NCBI GenBank assembly: GCA_048448865.1
Contig: DBGBLM010000036.1
Location: 1-54,850, forward strand
Length of the DNA: 54,850 nucleotides
Source of the DNA: Collinsella sp.
GTDB taxonomy: Bacteria > Actinomycetota > Coriobacteriia > Coriobacteriales > Coriobacteriaceae
Reading direction: 5' to 3'
Both the position numbers and the translations under genes were made by a program. Of this stretch, positions 39,302 through 49,659 are shown one piece after another. Positions within the stretch are counted from its first letter, which is position 1, and each line of letters opens with the position of its first letter. Under the pieces are notes generated by a model that was given only the letters and a program-made list of their open reading frames with translations, ran no database searches and was not told the DNA's origin.

Positions 39302-41263
39302 CTAGTTGGTCGTACCGGAATCGTCACCCGTGCCCGAGCCAGAGCCCGAACCCGAGCCAGAAAGTGCGACCGTCAGCGTGATCGTGCTGTCGGTGGACTG
39401 CTTGCCGGTGGGGGAGACTCCCGTAACGGTGGCATCCTCGTTACCGCTCACGGGATTGCCGTTCTGGTCGCAGAAGCCAATGTTATAGAAACCGGCGTTG
39501 TTGAGCGCGGTGACGGCGGCGGAGATGCTCTTGCCGTACAGGTTGCCCGGGACGGCGGCCTTGCCGGACTTCTTGGCAATGACGACGGTAATCGTGGCGC
39601 CGGGCTTCTGCTTGCCGCTGGGGTTCCAGCTGATCACGGTGCCCTCGGTAACCGAGTCGTTCTCCTGGTAGCTCACGTCGACACCAAAGCCTGCCATATC
39701 GAGGGCGTTGCGCGCCTGGGCCTCGGTCATGTCGGTCAGGTCGGGGACGGACGTGGTATCCGGGCCGCTCGAGACCTTGTACGAGATGGTCGTGCCCTTC
39801 GCGACTTCCTTACCGGCTTCGGTGCCCTGCTCAAAGACCTGGCCCTCATCAGCCTCGTTGGCCTCCTCGGAGGCGTTGCCCTTCAGGCCAACGCTTGCCA
39901 GTGCGGCTTCTGCTTGGTCCTTGGTCAGGCCGACAAGTTTGGGAACCTCAACCTTTTCGGAGGGCTTGGGGCCCTTGGAGATTACCAGGTTCACCTTGGT
40001 GCCCTTGGTCTTCTTGGTGTTGCCGTTGGGCGTCTGCTCGGCGACCTTGCCCTCGTCGACATCGTCGTTGTAGCTTTGGTCGATGGTGCCGACCTCGAGG
40101 CCGGCTTCCTTGATCAGCTCGACGGCAGTCTGCTGGTCCTTGCCCAGCACATCGGGCACGGTGACCTGCTCGCCGCCAAAGAGTCCTGTGGCAAAGGCCA
40201 CCACGATGCCGATGACGGCAACGGCTGCCACCACGGCGGCGATGATCTTGTTCTTGTTGGATTTGGGCTTTTCGACCTCGTAGGAGCCGGTGGAGCCCGA
40301 AACCGAGCTACGGGCGGTATTTTGGCCGCTCACGCCCGAGACGGGGCGCACCATGGCGCGCGTCTGATCGGAAAGCTCGCGAGTCTTGGTGGCGCCCAGC
40401 TCACCGGGGGCGCCGATGATGCGCGTGGGCTCCGAGACGTTGACGGCACGGCCCGACAGGTAGCTATTGAGCACCTGACGAAGCTCGTCGGCGGTCTGGA
40501 AGCGGTTTGCCGGGTCCTTCTCCATGCACTTGAGGATGATGCGCTCAAGGTCGGCGTCGACACCGGAGTTGATCTGGCTCGGCGGAATAGGCAACTCGTT
40601 GACCTGCTTGAGTGCGACCGAGATGGCGTCGTCACCGTCAAAGGGAACGCGGCCGGTGGCGCATTCATACATCACGACGCCCAGCGAGTAGATATCCGAG
40701 GTGGGGCCGAGGTCCTGACCACGGGTCTGCTCGGGGCTGACGTAGTGGGCGGTTCCCAGCACGTTGTTGTCTTGCGTGAGGTGGCTGTTCTTGGCGCGCG
40801 CGATGCCAAAGTCCATCACCTTGATGTTGCCGTCGGGCAGCACCATGATGTTCTGCGGCTTAATGTCGCGGTGGATGATCTCGTGCTTGTGGGCGACCGA
40901 AAGCGCGGAGCTGATCTGCGAGCCGATCTGGGCGACCTTCTTGGGGTCGAGGGCGCCGTGGCTCTTGATGCCGCTCTTAAGGTCGGTGCCGCGCAGGTAC
41001 TCCATGACGATGTAATAGGTGTCGCCGTCCTTGCCCCAATCGTAGACGCCCACGATATAGGGGGAGGAGAGGCCGGCTGCTGCCTGGGCCTCCTGCTTAA
41101 AGCGTGCGGCGAAGGTTGCGTCGCCAGCATACTGCGGCAGCATGATCTTGACGGCTACTGTGCGGTCGAGGACCTGGTCCTGTGCACGGTAGACGGTCGC
41201 CATGCCGCCTGTCCCCACCTTATCCTTGAGGAGGTATCTTCCCCCGAGGACCCTCTGTTCCAT
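39302..41263 (-). CDS. pknB: PASTA-domain Ser/Thr kinase
   Basis: GTGGMATVY, VAVK, HRDIKPQN, DFGIA, TM helix, about four PASTA repeats. Confidence 0.95.
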   Translation of the reverse strand: MEQRVLGGRYLLKDKVGTGGMATVYRAQDQVLDRTVAVKIMLPQYAGDATFAARFKQEAQAAAGLSSPYIVGVYDWGKDGDTYYIVMEYLRGTDLKSGIKSHGALDPKKVAQIGSQISSALSVAHKHEIIHRDIKPQNIMVLPDGNIKVMDFGIARAKNSHLTQDNNVLGTAHYVSPEQTRGQDLGPTSDIYSLGVVMYECATGRVPFDGDDAISVALKQVNELPIPPSQINSGVDADLERIILKCMEKDPANRFQTADELRQVLNSYLSGRAVNVSEPTRIIGAPGELGATKTRELSDQTRAMVRPVSGVSGQNTARSSVSGSTGSYEVEKPKSNKNKIIAAVVAAVAVIGIVVAFATGLFGGEQVTVPDVLGKDQQTAVELIKEAGLEVGTIDQSYNDDVDEGKVAEQTPNGNTKKTKGTKVNLVISKGPKPSEKVEVPKLVGLTKDQAEAALASVGLKGNASEEANEADEGQVFEQGTEAGKEVAKGTTISYKVSSGPDTTSVPDLTDMTEAQARNALDMAGFGVDVSYQENDSVTEGTVISWNPSGKQKPGATITVVIAKKSGKAAVPGNLYGKSISAAVTALNNAGFYNIGFCDQNGNPVSGNEDATVTGVSPTGKQSTDSTITLTVALSGSGSGSGSGTGDDSGTTN

Positions 41264-41395
41264 TCCTGCTCCTAACATAACTATTCGCTCAACGATGTGT
41301 GTAGTACCTACGATGTGGCCGCTGGGGCCGTGTGGCGCGTTGCCGCTAACTCTTCGGCCGCGGCGCGCCTCGGGTGTCCGATTCGATCATGGGCA

Positions 41396-44266
41396 TCACG
41401 CTCCCTGTGCGGCAAGCGCCGCGGTCAGGACGATGCCGGCGATCTTGGCGGCCTTGACGTCATGCTTGTCGAAATCCTCCAAGGCCACCGAGATGGCGAC
41501 CGTGGGTGAATCGTAAGGTGCAAAGCCAACGAACATCGAGTTGACGTTGGTGCCGCCGGTCTCGGCCGAGCCGGTCTTGCCGGCGACCTTGACGCCGGGG
41601 ATCTGGGCATCGGTGCCGGTACCGGACTGGACGACGGCAAGCATGGCCTGCTTGACCTGGTCGGCCGTGGCGGAGCTGACGGCCTGCCCCAGCGAGCGGG
41701 ACTGCGTGGTCTTGACCACGGTTCCGTCCGGGGCGAGTACCTGGGCTACAAAGTACGGGTCCATGACCACGCCGCTGTTAGCGATGGCGGCGGCAATCAC
41801 GGCGTTTTGCATGACGGTGGTCTGCGGGCCGGGCGTGTGGTCCATGCCGACAGGCTGGCCGGCGCCGGCCCAGGCGGTCTCCCACTCGGTCATGAGCGAC
41901 GGGTCGGCCATGATGGAGGCCGCGGAGGTCAGGTCCTGGCCGAGCTTTTGGCCGTAGCCAAAGGCGTTGGCAAACTGTACGAGCGTGTTTGCGCCAACTT
42001 CGTTTGCCACCTGGCCGAAGACGACGTTGGAGGACACGGCAAAGGCCTGCTGCAGGCTGATGGTGCCGTAGCTCTCGTTGGCATAGTTGGTGACCGGTGC
42101 GTTGCCGATGTCCATGGAGCCGGGCGCCTGGTAGGTGCTGGTCAGGCTGGCGGTACCGGTCTCGAGTGCCGCGGAAAGCGTAACGACCTTAAACGTGGAG
42201 CCCGGCGTGTACAGCGCGTCCATGGCGCGATTGTACATGGAGCCGTCCTCGCCGCCGCCCGTCTGCAGCAGGGCATCGATGTTGGTGTTGTCGTAGGTGG
42301 GCGAGCTGGCACATGCGAGCACCGCGCCGGTACGCGGGTCGATGACCACTACAGCGCCCTTAAAGCCCTTGAGTGCCTGCTCGGCCGCCGTCTGGATACG
42401 CGAGTCGATGGTGAGCTTGGCGGTGTTGCCCGGCTGGGTATGGCCCGCGAGCGACGCGATGGCATTGTTCCAGCTGGAGTAGTCCTTAGAACCGGTGAGC
42501 GTGTCGTTCATGACGCTCTCGATGGCGGTGGTGCCATACTGCTGGCTCACGTAGCCAACCACGTGCGCTGCCAGGTTACCGTTGGGGTAGGAGCGTACGT
42601 AGGTGCCGTCCTCCTGCTGCAGCGACTCGGCCAGCGTCACGCCGTCGGACGTGATGATGGAGCCGCGCTGGATGTACTTGGAGCGGGCGATGGTGTGGTT
42701 GTTGGTCGGCATGTCCTGATAGTCCTTGGCCTTAATGACCTGGACATAGGTGAGGTTGCCGATAAGGATGGCGAACAGCGCCGTAAAGGCGAGCACCGCG
42801 CGGGTTAGACGGTTGGCGAGCGCAACGCGGCCGAGCACACCGGATTCAGGCGTGTCGAGCAGGCGACGTCGCATGCGCGAGCCGACGGAATGGCTGCCGC
42901 TGCCGTAGGAAGACGAGGTGGCAAAGCGCGTGCCCGTCGGGGCGGCGGCAGATGCGACCTGATCATCGGTGATGGCGGCCATGGTGCCGGTGCCGGTAAG
43001 CTCGGCCTCGCGTCCGGTAGCCTCGTCACCGGCGCGCAGCAGGAGCGCGACGATGATAAAGCTCGCCAGCAGCGAGGAGCCGCCCTGGCTCATAAAGGGC
43101 AGGGTGACGCCGGTCAGCGGGATCAGGCGGGTGACGCCGCCCACGATCAAAAAGGCCTGGAAGCTGATGGCTGCCGTAAGACCGGTGGCGCTAAAGGCGG
43201 CGAGGTCGGATTTAGCGCGGGCGGCTGTGGTGAGGCCACGCACGGCAAAGAGCATAAACAGGATGAGCACGGCGCCGCCGCCCAAAAGGCCCATCTCCTC
43301 GCCGATAGCCGAGAAGATAAAGTCGGACTCGACGACAGGGATGTTGTTGGCCATGCCGTTGCCGATGCCAACACCGACCAGACCGCCATCGGCAAGCGAG
43401 AAGAGCGACTGGACGATCTGGTAGCCCTGGCCCTGGGCGTCCTTAAACGGATCGACCCAAACCTGGAAACGCACCTGAACGTGCGACAGGAATTTGTAGG
43501 CGCCCACGGCTCCGACGGCTAAGAGCGCGAGGCCGATAACGACATACGAAAAGCGCCCCGTGGCAACGTAGAGCATCAGCAAGAAGATGGTGTAGAACAG
43601 CACGGCCGAACCCAGGTCGCGTTCGAAGACGACGACGAGCAGGCACACACCCCACACGGCAAACAGCGGCAGCAGCAGTCGCAGGCGAGGGATCTTAAAG
43701 CCCAGAATCTTGCGGTTGGAGATGGAGAGCAGCTCGCGGTTCTCGGCCAGGTAGCCGGCCAGGAACAGGACGATAAAGACCTTGGCGAACTCGCCGGGCT
43801 GGATGGTAAAGCCCGCGATGCGAATCCACAGCTTGGAGCCCGAGATCGTGGTGCCGATAAAGATGGGCAGCATCAGCAGGATGATGCCGATGATGCCAAA
43901 GGTGTACTTGTAGCGCATGACCACGTCGAGGTTTTTGACCAGTGCGAGCGTTCCCACCATCAGGGCCACCGAGACAAACAGGATGATGAGCTGTGAGATG
44001 GCGAGAGCGGGGGCGAGACGCGTCACGAACGTGATGCCGATGCCCGAAAGCACAAAGACAATGGGCAGGATGGCGGGGTCGGCACCGGGCGCCAAGATGC
44101 GCACGGCAATGTGGGCCGCGGCAAAGGCGGCAAAGAGGCCGATCGGTACGGCGAGCGTCTCAAAGGAGATGGCAGCGCCCGCGGTGAGGACGTACATCGC
44201 ATACAGCAGGATGACGGGGAACGCCGAGGCGATGAGCAAGAGCAGCTCGGTGTTGCGGCGACTCAT
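41396..44266 (-). CDS. Fused SEDS glycosyltransferase (RodA/FtsW) and class B penicillin-binding transpeptidase
   Basis: IQPGEFAK, DLG, LPFMSQGGSS, then PGSTFK (SxxK), SSN, KTGS in one ORF. Confidence 0.93.
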   Translation of the reverse strand: MSRRNTELLLLIASAFPVILLYAMYVLTAGAAISFETLAVPIGLFAAFAAAHIAVRILAPGADPAILPIVFVLSGIGITFVTRLAPALAISQLIILFVSVALMVGTLALVKNLDVVMRYKYTFGIIGIILLMLPIFIGTTISGSKLWIRIAGFTIQPGEFAKVFIVLFLAGYLAENRELLSISNRKILGFKIPRLRLLLPLFAVWGVCLLVVVFERDLGSAVLFYTIFLLMLYVATGRFSYVVIGLALLAVGAVGAYKFLSHVQVRFQVWVDPFKDAQGQGYQIVQSLFSLADGGLVGVGIGNGMANNIPVVESDFIFSAIGEEMGLLGGGAVLILFMLFAVRGLTTAARAKSDLAAFSATGLTAAISFQAFLIVGGVTRLIPLTGVTLPFMSQGGSSLLASFIIVALLLRAGDEATGREAELTGTGTMAAITDDQVASAAAPTGTRFATSSSYGSGSHSVGSRMRRRLLDTPESGVLGRVALANRLTRAVLAFTALFAILIGNLTYVQVIKAKDYQDMPTNNHTIARSKYIQRGSIITSDGVTLAESLQQEDGTYVRSYPNGNLAAHVVGYVSQQYGTTAIESVMNDTLTGSKDYSSWNNAIASLAGHTQPGNTAKLTIDSRIQTAAEQALKGFKGAVVVIDPRTGAVLACASSPTYDNTNIDALLQTGGGEDGSMYNRAMDALYTPGSTFKVVTLSAALETGTASLTSTYQAPGSMDIGNAPVTNYANESYGTISLQQAFAVSSNVVFGQVANEVGANTLVQFANAFGYGQKLGQDLTSAASIMADPSLMTEWETAWAGAGQPVGMDHTPGPQTTVMQNAVIAAAIANSGVVMDPYFVAQVLAPDGTVVKTTQSRSLGQAVSSATADQVKQAMLAVVQSGTGTDAQIPGVKVAGKTGSAETGGTNVNSMFVGFAPYDSPTVAISVALEDFDKHDVKAAKIAGIVLTAALAAQGA

Positions 44267-44282
44267 AAGCGGCACTCCCTTT

Positions 44283-46220
44283 CTAATTCTTATCGGAGGC
44301 TTCGGCCTCGGCGGACTGTTCGGCGGTTTTCTCGGAATCTGATTCGGAGGTCGATCCCTGATTGGTGTTGTCGCGAATCGTTTGCGCGTCGATCACCTGG
44401 CGGGTCTGCTCCTCGTCGATCTGGTGGCGGTACTTGGATATCGTGTCCTGCGCATCGTCGACACTTGTTTGCGGAATACCCGCCTTGAGGCGGTTTTGCG
44501 TGTCTTCGGGCAGGTCGGATAGCTTGATGCTGGTTTCGCTTTCGAGCCAGTGGAGCTTGAGTCCGAGCGGCTTGCCGGGCAGGCCGCGCCAGACGGCGAC
44601 ATTGCCCTGGTAGGTACCCAGGTAGTACGAGCCGGTGACACCCGTGTAGGCCCAGATGCCAGCTGCCAGCACAAAGACGAGGGCCAGGATGGCGGCGATA
44701 GTAATGTTGCGGCGACGCACGCGCTGCGCCTCGCGCATAACGCCATCGTCAACCAGGTCAACGACTACTACGGTCACGTTGTCGTGGCCGCCGGCGGCAA
44801 GCGCCGCGTCCACTAGGTTGTCGACGCAGATTTGCGCGGTTGAGGACTGCGTGGCGATGTTCTCGATATCGCTATCGGGAATCATGCTCGAAAGGCCGTC
44901 GGAGCACAGGATCAGGCGGTCGCCTTCCTCGATATGCAGAGTGAAGTGGTCGGCATACATAGCGGGGTCCGAGCCCAGCGCGCGGGTGATGACCGAACGG
45001 TTGGGGTGGACGCGAGCCTCATCTGCCGTGATCTCGCCGGCGTCCACGAGCTCCTCCACGTAGGAGTGGTCGCGGGTCACGCGGATGAGCGTGCCCTCGT
45101 GGAGCAGGTAGGCGCGAGAGTCACCCACGTGGGCGATGGCGAGCGTGTCGTTTTCGATGTAGGCGCAGGTGGCCGTGCATCCCATGCCGGGTTTGCCCAG
45201 GCCGTTGAGGGCGGCCTCGATCACGGCTGCGTTGGCGGCCTCGACGGCTGCGGCCAGGCGCGCGGCGTCGGCGGACTGCGGCGCCGTCTTGGCGATGGTC
45301 TCGACGGCGATGGAGGATGCCACCTCGCCGGCGGCGTGTCCTCCCATGCCGTCGCACACGCAAAAGAGCGGCGACTGCACCAGATAGGAGTCCTCATTGT
45401 GCGGGCGTACGCATCCGACGTCGGAGCGGGCGCCCCACATAAGCTGCGTGGTGGTGCCGGCGTCGTAGGTCGAGTCGGTCTCGATGCGCTCGTCGGTCAG
45501 CGGCTCAAAGCTCATGGTCGAGCCGGGATCTTTGAGCTTTGCCTCCACGGCCGCGACATCGATCTCGGCGGTGTCGCCGGGGGAGACGGTGTCGGCATCG
45601 TCTCCCGACTCGACGTCGGAGACGTCCGGAAGGTTGAGATCTTCGGTTACGCGGTCGGCGGGATCGCCGTCCTGCTGCGGCTCGGCAGCCGTCGGCTCGG
45701 GCGTCGCAAAGTGCGACGGCGCAGGCGTGTTTTGCGACTGGGCGGCGGGCTCGGCCACGGCATCGGACTCGCTTGCGGGCGCAGGCTGCGGGGTCTTGGG
45801 TGCAGGGCCGTCCTCGGGGGATGTCCCCGCCTCGGGCGTCGGCGTAGACGCGGGCGCAACCTCGGATGCCGGGGCTATGGGAAACGCCGGCGCGGCGGGC
45901 TCGGGTGCCGCAAACACCGCAGCGCTCTCGTTGATTGCCGCGGCGACGGGCTCTGCAAAGTGAGCCGGCGCCGGGGTTGCTTCGGGCGCTGTGGGCTGTT
46001 CCGCAGCATGTGCGCCGATGGGCGCCGCTACGGCATCCTCTTCGTCCTCGTTATCGGCGAGATCCGAAATATCATGCGTTACATGCGAAAGAGGCAGGGA
46101 GAACACGGTGTCCTCGGGCTCCACGGGTGTGGAGTCCGCCGGAGCGGCGTGGGCCGGTGCAGCTACGGCGGCAGCCGGTGCCTCGGTCATGGTTGCGGAC
46201 TTGTTCTCCTCGTCGATCAT
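44283..46220 (-). CDS. PP2C-family Ser/Thr phosphatase with a long disordered N-terminus
   Basis: RPHNED, CDGMGGH, HVGDSR, CSDGL, GGHDN, then a TM helix. Confidence 0.92.
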   Translation of the reverse strand: MIDEENKSATMTEAPAAAVAAPAHAAPADSTPVEPEDTVFSLPLSHVTHDISDLADNEDEEDAVAAPIGAHAAEQPTAPEATPAPAHFAEPVAAAINESAAVFAAPEPAAPAFPIAPASEVAPASTPTPEAGTSPEDGPAPKTPQPAPASESDAVAEPAAQSQNTPAPSHFATPEPTAAEPQQDGDPADRVTEDLNLPDVSDVESGDDADTVSPGDTAEIDVAAVEAKLKDPGSTMSFEPLTDERIETDSTYDAGTTTQLMWGARSDVGCVRPHNEDSYLVQSPLFCVCDGMGGHAAGEVASSIAVETIAKTAPQSADAARLAAAVEAANAAVIEAALNGLGKPGMGCTATCAYIENDTLAIAHVGDSRAYLLHEGTLIRVTRDHSYVEELVDAGEITADEARVHPNRSVITRALGSDPAMYADHFTLHIEEGDRLILCSDGLSSMIPDSDIENIATQSSTAQICVDNLVDAALAAGGHDNVTVVVVDLVDDGVMREAQRVRRRNITIAAILALVFVLAAGIWAYTGVTGSYYLGTYQGNVAVWRGLPGKPLGLKLHWLESETSIKLSDLPEDTQNRLKAGIPQTSVDDAQDTISKYRHQIDEEQTRQVIDAQTIRDNTNQGSTSESDSEKTAEQSAEAEASDKN

Positions 46221-46633
46221 CGACGGTTCACCTTCATGACCACGTCGCCAATCTGGACTTCGTCGCCCTCACGCAGCGTTGCGGGCTCCACGAGCTGGCG
46301 GCCGTTGACGAGCGTGCCGTTAAGCGAGTTGAGGTCCTCGATGATGAGTGCCGGGCCCTGCAGCGAAAAGCGCGCATGCGAGGCCGAGACGAACGGTTCG
46401 TTGATGCAGATGTCCGAAGATGGCGAGCGACCGACGATGACGGGGCCGAGCATGTCTACGTGGATGCCGCGGATACCGCGCGGACCCTTGTCCACATCGA
46501 TCGTCCAGATAGCCGAGTCGCGGCGCTGCCCGCGCACAAGTCCCACGCCGGTCTTCATGACGGCGAACAGGAAGATATAGAGCAGGGCGACCAGGACGAT
46601 GCGGCCTGCAAAAAGGACGATATCGATGTTCAT
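46217..46633 (-). CDS. Membrane-anchored FHA protein (FhaB-like)
   Basis: N-terminal TM; GR, S..HA, DLNSLNGT. Confidence 0.9.
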   Translation of the reverse strand: MNIDIVLFAGRIVLVALLYIFLFAVMKTGVGLVRGQRRDSAIWTIDVDKGPRGIRGIHVDMLGPVIVGRSPSSDICINEPFVSASHARFSLQGPALIIEDLNSLNGTLVNGRQLVEPATLREGDEVQIGDVVMKVNRR

Positions 46634-46639
46634 AAGCGA

Positions 46640-47653
46640 CTATCCCCTAAATTCAAAGGTACTCAGGCCAAACGTCAGCAGATCGCCGTTGCGCAGCGGG
46701 CAGCGCGTAATGCGGCGGTTGTTGACGAGCGTGCCGTTGGTGGAATTGAGGTCCTCGATCGACCAATCCGAGCCCGTAAAGGTGAGCTGGGCGTGGCGGC
46801 GCGACACGTTGGGGTCGCGCAGGGCAATGTCGGAAACTGAGCGCTCGCGACCGATGGTCACCTGTGCGGAGGTGATGCTATGGCTCTCGCCGCTCACGAC
46901 GTCGACGAGCTGGGCGAGCGGGCGCTGCGGGGCGCGAGTGCTTGCCATGTTGGAGGCGATGCCGGCTGCGGCGCCTAGGCCCACGGCGGCACCGGTCGCG
47001 GCGGCTCCGCCCATGCCGGCAAGCGCGTCGCGCGAGACGGTCTGCGGCACCGGGATGGGTGCGGCGGCGGGGTCGGGGACGCTAGGCGCGAAGGGGTCTG
47101 CCACGGCAAGCGGGTCGGGAGCGGCGGCGCGAGGCGTCGGCTGCTGCTGGGGCATGGCGGCGGGGCGCTGCTGCTGCGGGGCAGCAAACTGCTGCTGGCC
47201 GGCGCGCGGGGCGCTGGCGGCACGGCTTGCCGCGGAGTTGTTCTGGCCCAGGCCGTTCTGATAGGCGCGCTCTTCTTCGTACAGGCGGCCGAGCGTGGGG
47301 GCATCGACGTTCTCGGCAAAGACCGAGAACTTGCCGGCGCGCAGCTGCGGATCGATCATAAAGCGCACGAGGGGCTCGCCGACAAAGACATAGCGGCGCT
47401 TTTCGGCCTGCGCCTTCACAAACTCGCGGACCTCGCGCGAAAGCTCGGGGTAGAACGGGGCGAGCATGGGATCGTCGTCGGCGGCGATAAGGATGGTATA
47501 GAGTGCCGGCGCCGTGTTGACGCCGTTGATCACCAGAGTCTGATCCTCCATGTCGCGAGCGGCCTGCTTGGCAAGCTTCTTAAAGGAGAACGGGGCACGG
47601 GTGGCACCGAAGATGCCGGCCACGTGGTCCTCGAAGATGTTCAGGAAGTTCAC
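46640..47653 (-). CDS. FhaA-like protein (DUF3662, linker, FHA)
   Basis: N-terminal AP.Y.I domain, Pro/Gln/Ala linker, IGR..VSRRHA..STNGT. Confidence 0.88.
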   Translation of the reverse strand: MNFLNIFEDHVAGIFGATRAPFSFKKLAKQAARDMEDQTLVINGVNTAPALYTILIAADDDPMLAPFYPELSREVREFVKAQAEKRRYVFVGEPLVRFMIDPQLRAGKFSVFAENVDAPTLGRLYEEERAYQNGLGQNNSAASRAASAPRAGQQQFAAPQQQRPAAMPQQQPTPRAAAPDPLAVADPFAPSVPDPAAAPIPVPQTVSRDALAGMGGAAATGAAVGLGAAAGIASNMASTRAPQRPLAQLVDVVSGESHSITSAQVTIGRERSVSDIALRDPNVSRRHAQLTFTGSDWSIEDLNSTNGTLVNNRRITRCPLRNGDLLTFGLSTFEFRG

Positions 47654-49581
47654 GAAAGATCACTCTCCGTATAGGTTCTTTGGTATCCGAGCAAATATAG
47701 GCATATCCCAACGATTATAGAGGATAGGATTCCCGCAACCGCCGCCTTGGCGATGACCGCGGCTGCAAGGCTGGCAATTTCCATATGGTGTGCAAGACAG
47801 GACGCCGCTGCGCAGCCGATGCCGGTGACAGCGATTGCGGCGATTGCGGCAAGGTTTGAGCCCTGATTGGCACGCTTGGCATGGACATTGAGCAGCGCAG
47901 ATGACGCCGCGGCAGTTGCCGCGACCAGCACAAAGGCAGCCCAAAGGAGCGGGTCTCCCAGCGCTGCCGCAACGTTACCGAGCCCCAGCACGCCTCCGGC
48001 TGAAAGCGCGACCGTGGCCAGACGGGCAAAAAGCGCGCCCATGCCCGTTGCCGCGGCGGCGCTTGCCGGGCCGAGCCAAAATGACGCGACGCCGGCGGCG
48101 ACCCCAGCTGCCAGGAAGGTATTGCCGGTCAGACAGCCAAGCGCGAGTGCACAGGTGAGCGTGGCGCTCGCGGCAGCCTCGGTACGACCCCAGGCGATCC
48201 ACCAACCGGACATGGCGGCGGCAAAGATCACCGCGACGGGCAGCATCGACAGGATGCCCTGTGCCTGCATGGTGGCGTTGGCCATGAGCACCAAAAAGCC
48301 CACAGCCGAGATGGCCGAGCCAATCTGGGGGGCCAGGCCAGCCGCCGCTCCGATCGCGATGGCCGCAATGACCAGGCCGGGAAGCGCCGCGACCCCGGCC
48401 GTTTGCATCAGCAAAAAGCTAAAGGTGCCGCACGTTAGCGCCGAGATAGTGCGCACGGTGTAGTCGCGCGCATGGCTCCAGCGCGTGCCCGCCCAGCCGA
48501 GTGCGGGGTCGACCTCGATGGCGTCGTCCTCGTAGTGCGACGGCTCGATATCGTCGAGCTCCTGCTCGTCATCCGAAAGCTCGCCAACCATTTGCTCCAA
48601 GCTGCGGCGGCCCTCGCGCACACTGCCCAGACCGGCAAGGAGCTGGTCGCAAAATGCCTCGATGCTGTTGGGGCGGTCCTGCGGCATGGGGGAGAGCGCG
48701 CTCATGAGCGCAGCCTCGGCTCCCGGGGGAAAGTGTGGTATCAGCTCGCTGGGATAGGTGGCGCCGCCGATGATGCGGTCGAGCGAGTCGGCGGGCGTGG
48801 CCGCCATAAAGGGAGCGCTGCCGCACAGGCCCTCGTAGATAACGCAGGCAAGGGCGAAGACATCGGCGCGCTCATCGACCGTGCCGGTCTCGATATCGAG
48901 CTGCTCGGGCGGCATGTAGCCGATGGTGCCGCCGCGCGAGCCGCCAAAGCCACCGGCGGACGACAGTCGCGCCATGCCAAAGTCGGTGAGCTTTACATTG
49001 CCCGAGTGGTCGATGAGCACGTTGGCGGGCTTAATGTCCAGGTGGAGTACGCCATTACTATGGGCGAAGGTGAGCGCCTGGCCCAGGGCATCGGCAATGG
49101 CCGCGGCCTCGTCAAAGGTAAGTGAGTGGCCGTCCACGCGGTGCAAAAACTCGGCCAGCGACATGCCATCGACATATTCCATAACCAGGTAGGCATAGGT
49201 TGTGTCGTGCGTAAAGTCGATGACCTGCACGATATTGGGATGTTGAAGCATGGCGGCGGTGTGCGCCTCGCGCAGAACATCCATGATGTCGCTGGCGGGC
49301 ATGCCGGCACCGTTGATGAGGGGGATGCGCTTAATGGCGACGCGGCGGCGCAGGTGCGTGTCGCGGCAGATCTCAATGGAGCCAAAACCGCCGGTCGCAA
49401 GTGTCTCGAGCGGCTGGTACCGCTTGAGCAGCTCGCGAGAGCTGGTGCCCTCCAAAGGAACGTCCGGCGAGAACCGGGCGGTATGTTGCGAGAAAAGCGG
49501 CATGGCCAACCCTCGTGCGTTTAAAGTTCGTTTGCGAGCGGCGGGCACGGGCGCGGCCCGTTCCGGCGTTCGCGGTGGCAT
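47650..49581 (-). CDS. Ser/Thr protein kinase with a polytopic membrane C-terminus (start may be 49503)
   Basis: GGFG, VAIK, HLDIKPAN, DFG, GTIGYMPPE; many hydrophobic segments in the C-terminal third. Confidence 0.9.
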   Translation of the reverse strand: MPPRTPERAAPVPAARKRTLNARGLAMPLFSQHTARFSPDVPLEGTSSRELLKRYQPLETLATGGFGSIEICRDTHLRRRVAIKRIPLINGAGMPASDIMDVLREAHTAAMLQHPNIVQVIDFTHDTTYAYLVMEYVDGMSLAEFLHRVDGHSLTFDEAAAIADALGQALTFAHSNGVLHLDIKPANVLIDHSGNVKLTDFGMARLSSAGGFGGSRGGTIGYMPPEQLDIETGTVDERADVFALACVIYEGLCGSAPFMAATPADSLDRIIGGATYPSELIPHFPPGAEAALMSALSPMPQDRPNSIEAFCDQLLAGLGSVREGRRSLEQMVGELSDDEQELDDIEPSHYEDDAIEVDPALGWAGTRWSHARDYTVRTISALTCGTFSFLLMQTAGVAALPGLVIAAIAIGAAAGLAPQIGSAISAVGFLVLMANATMQAQGILSMLPVAVIFAAAMSGWWIAWGRTEAAASATLTCALALGCLTGNTFLAAGVAAGVASFWLGPASAAAATGMGALFARLATVALSAGGVLGLGNVAAALGDPLLWAAFVLVAATAAASSALLNVHAKRANQGSNLAAIAAIAVTGIGCAAASCLAHHMEIASLAAAVIAKAAVAGILSSIIVGICLYLLGYQRTYTESDLS

Positions 49582-49659
49582 AGATGCTGCTAGTGTAGCA
49601 CGCTCGGGTGGGCGACATTCAATTTAAGCTCCGTCTGGGGTCTGGACCCTGCGTCCGGC

